Shown here piece after piece: positions 41,068 to 43,266 of a DNA stretch of 43,266 nucleotides. Below the pieces are notes generated by a model. It had not been told where the DNA came from, searched no databases, and was given only the letters and a program-made list of their open reading frames with translations. Every line of letters begins with the position of its first letter. Position 1 is the stretch's first letter. Source of the stretch: Bodo saltans. Lineage: Eukaryota. The position numbers and the translations under genes were made by a program. The DNA is taken from the NCBI GenBank assembly GCA_001460835.1, contig CYKH01000631.1:1-43266 (forward strand), given 5' to 3'.

Positions 41068-43066
41068 ATGTCTTCGCTCACAATGACCTGGAGTCCGGCG
41101 TTAATTTTTATTTCATACGGTGTTTCAGTTCAAGCGGCGTACACAGCTCTCCAGATTCTTCAAATGCGCATCTCACGTTGGTTGATTGCCATCGCGGCAT
41201 TGTGCCTTTCCGTCAGCGGTATTTGGGCGATGCACTTCATTGGCATGGCGGCTATGTCAATGGACGCTGAGGTCAGCTATGACATCGGGTGGACCGTCGC
41301 ATCTGTTCTATTTGCGTACTTCCCGACGTTTGCTGCGTTCCTTTTGCTCGATGCCACCATAGCCGCCGCCCAAGAAAGTGGCGAGGAAGAAGAGGACACA
41401 CGGGATATCAGCATCGATGCTCACATCAGAGCCTTACGACGTGCACCCCACCCACAAATTCTGCTTGGTGGCGCGTTGATTGCGTTAGGCGTGTGCTTGA
41501 TGCATTACTTGGGCATGCACTCCATGGAGGTGAAGGGAATGGTGCGTGTGATGAATTACGGCGTCATTGTCGCCTCAGTGATCATCGCCCTTGGTGCAGG
41601 CACTGCTGCATTGTACTTCGCTTTTGTCCTCCCTGCAACCCGGGAGTACACCATACCTACTGCCCTTGTTGCTGGAGTCGCTGTGTGCGGAATGCACTAC
41701 TGCGGCATGTACGGCATTCGCTACGAAAATGAATCGATGGTGCATAGTGAGTCCTCGTCCTCTATCGAGTCTGCTATTTTGTACATTGTGTTTGCTTCCT
41801 CCGCCGTGAGTTCCGCATCACTTGCCCTGTCGTCATATTTGTACCGCAAAAGTCTTCGTGAAGCAGCAGATGATGCCGAGGGACAAGCAGCGCTTATTTT
41901 AGCGGGTCGGTTTGACGAGCTGGGAGTTGGGCCTTCGGAGCAATCAGAGCGAGTTGACCCAATTATGGCTCGGCTCAAGCGCTCCAACGCTCTCCTCGGT
42001 GAACAAATGCAAAAACTGATGTCCTTCCTTCCACCTTCGCTGCTGGCGCAGTTTGAAGCTGCGCGAGACAAAGAAGCGTTGGAGGAGGGAGATGACGAAG
42101 GAGATATCATGTCTGCAGATCTCCAAGAGGCCCACAACAAGTCCTCTGGTGACATGAACGCCTCAAAGACTGACCTTAACGCGTCCAAACTGGACCTTGG
42201 CGCATCAAGGCTCAGCAGTAACTCCACCGGAACGCATCGCACTCTCCAGCCACAGCATCGCCATCAATACGACGTTGGTATGGAGCAACGTGCAGTGGGA
42301 GCACTTCAACTGTCACAACTTCACAGAGGTCGTGACTGGGAACGGAGTTCGTTTCCTCGGCATGTATGCGTCGTTTATCGACGGACTCACAAAGGTTGCC
42401 AAAGCGCACAAGGGTGTTCTTGACGTTGTGCATGGTGATCGAGTTTTGATGACATTCAACACCTCCATGAAGAATGCTTCGTATGCTCGCTCATGTGCCA
42501 CCGCTGCCGTTCATCTCGCAAAAGATGTGGGGGCTCCTGGAGGCAGCGGGTGTGTGTCCATTGGAGTGGCTACGGGGACTGCAAAGATGGGCAACATCGG
42601 ATCCAAATCAATGATGCGCTACACGATCTGCGGTCCTGCCATTTCCCACGCCTACAAATGTCAAGAGCTTGCGTACGAGCTGCATGATACGCAAGGCACC
42701 CACATTATTGGGCTCGTCAACGACGAAATGCGCATGTCAGTGCGAACGAGGGCAGTCGATGTGGTTCAATGGAAACATATGCCACTCCAAATGATTGCAA
42801 GTGAAGTGGTCAGTCTCATTGAGGGAGATGCCGATGAGTGGATGTACGAACTTGAGGCCTCCTCCGAGAAGGATCCATTCCACAACATCAACAACGCATT
42901 CAAGCAGTTGCTAGCTCCAATGTCGCCGACAACGATGGCGACGACAACGGACCTCAACGATGTCCTCCAGAACATTGATGAAGCCCACAGAGCTCCGCTT
43001 CTGTGCATGTTGCAAATGCCCACGAACCATTTCAGAATTTACCCGGTTAGCCAAAGCAAAGATTGA
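41068..43066 (+). CDS. MHYT 7-TM sensor domain fused to a divergent class-III nucleotidyl-cyclase-like domain; requires a +1 frameshift near 42160..42300
   Basis: Three 'MHxxGM' motifs in TM2, TM4 and TM6 (MHFIGM 41230..41247, MHYLGM 41500..41517, MHYCGM 41692..41709) form the MHYT signature. Downstream frame 42197..43066 carries 'VVHGDRVLMTFN' and 'RYTICGPAISHAYKCQE', compared with the cyclase motifs 'VGDxYM' and 'RYxxFGDTVNxAxRxE'. The N-terminal frame stops at 42423 and the C-terminal frame has no ATG. Confidence 0.5.
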
Positions 43067-43266
43067 TCACATTGGAGTGTCACGCTTTCAGGCGTCGGGG
43101 TTAGGGTTCTAAAAGTCTGACTGGTTGCCTTCACGTGGCAGAACCTGTGAGTAGTCCTTCGGGGCGAAACCAAAACCAGCAGCATTGTAAAAATTATTCT
43201 TGTTGCTTGTTGTTTGGAAAAGAAAAGAATGCACCTCCCTCTCCGTGGTTTTTTTTGTGTATAAAA

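Noticed and set aside
43105-43125. Telomere-like 'gggttagggtt' motif near the window end
   Set aside because: Only ~1.5 units of TTAGGG, embedded in unique sequence. Far too short to indicate a telomeric or subtelomeric repeat.

Overview
The window reads as a kinetoplastid-like nuclear segment from a single polycistronic transcription unit, with one cautious candidate for a previously undescribed system: an MHYT-sensor/nucleotide-cyclase-like fusion gene (41068..43066). All credible genes are intron-less, GC3-rich ORFs on the + strand. They are separated by short intergenic spacers of about 100-250 bp that often carry polypyrimidine (CT/T) tracts typical of trans-splicing acceptor regions. 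No tRNA or rRNA genes, CRISPR arrays or convincing mobile elements were seen. The minus-strand ORFs are GC3-driven antisense artefacts. The supplied ORF track evidently accepts TTG/GTG/CTG starts, so several '+' ORFs were trimmed to their first ATG. Recognisable products are: hexokinase with an N-terminal PTS2-like motif, glutaryl-CoA dehydrogenase, methionine aminopeptidase 1 with an N-terminal zinc finger, two BCS1-like AAA ATPase paralogues, major vault protein, an actin-related protein, a STE-group protein kinase with a helical-repeat tail, a Vps51-like tethering subunit, a non-catalytic M16 (MPP/core-like) protein, a PUF/Nop9-like protein, a PPR protein, a large LRR-TPR-CHAT protein, a glycosylated PSI-domain cysteine-rich secreted protein with an internal duplication, and a 7-TM MHYT-sensor domain fused to a degenerate class-III nucleotide-cyclase-like domain that is interrupted by a frameshift. 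The most striking observation is inside the major vault protein gene. There is a ~448-bp diverged tandem duplicate block whose central 170 bp (17164..17333) is the exact base-wise complement, not the reverse complement, of 17612..17781. A 7-bp tandem duplication further frameshifts the MVP C-terminus. Removing both lesions restores one ~849-aa MVP ORF. This pattern has no known biological mechanism and points to an assembly or editing artefact or an engineered lesion.
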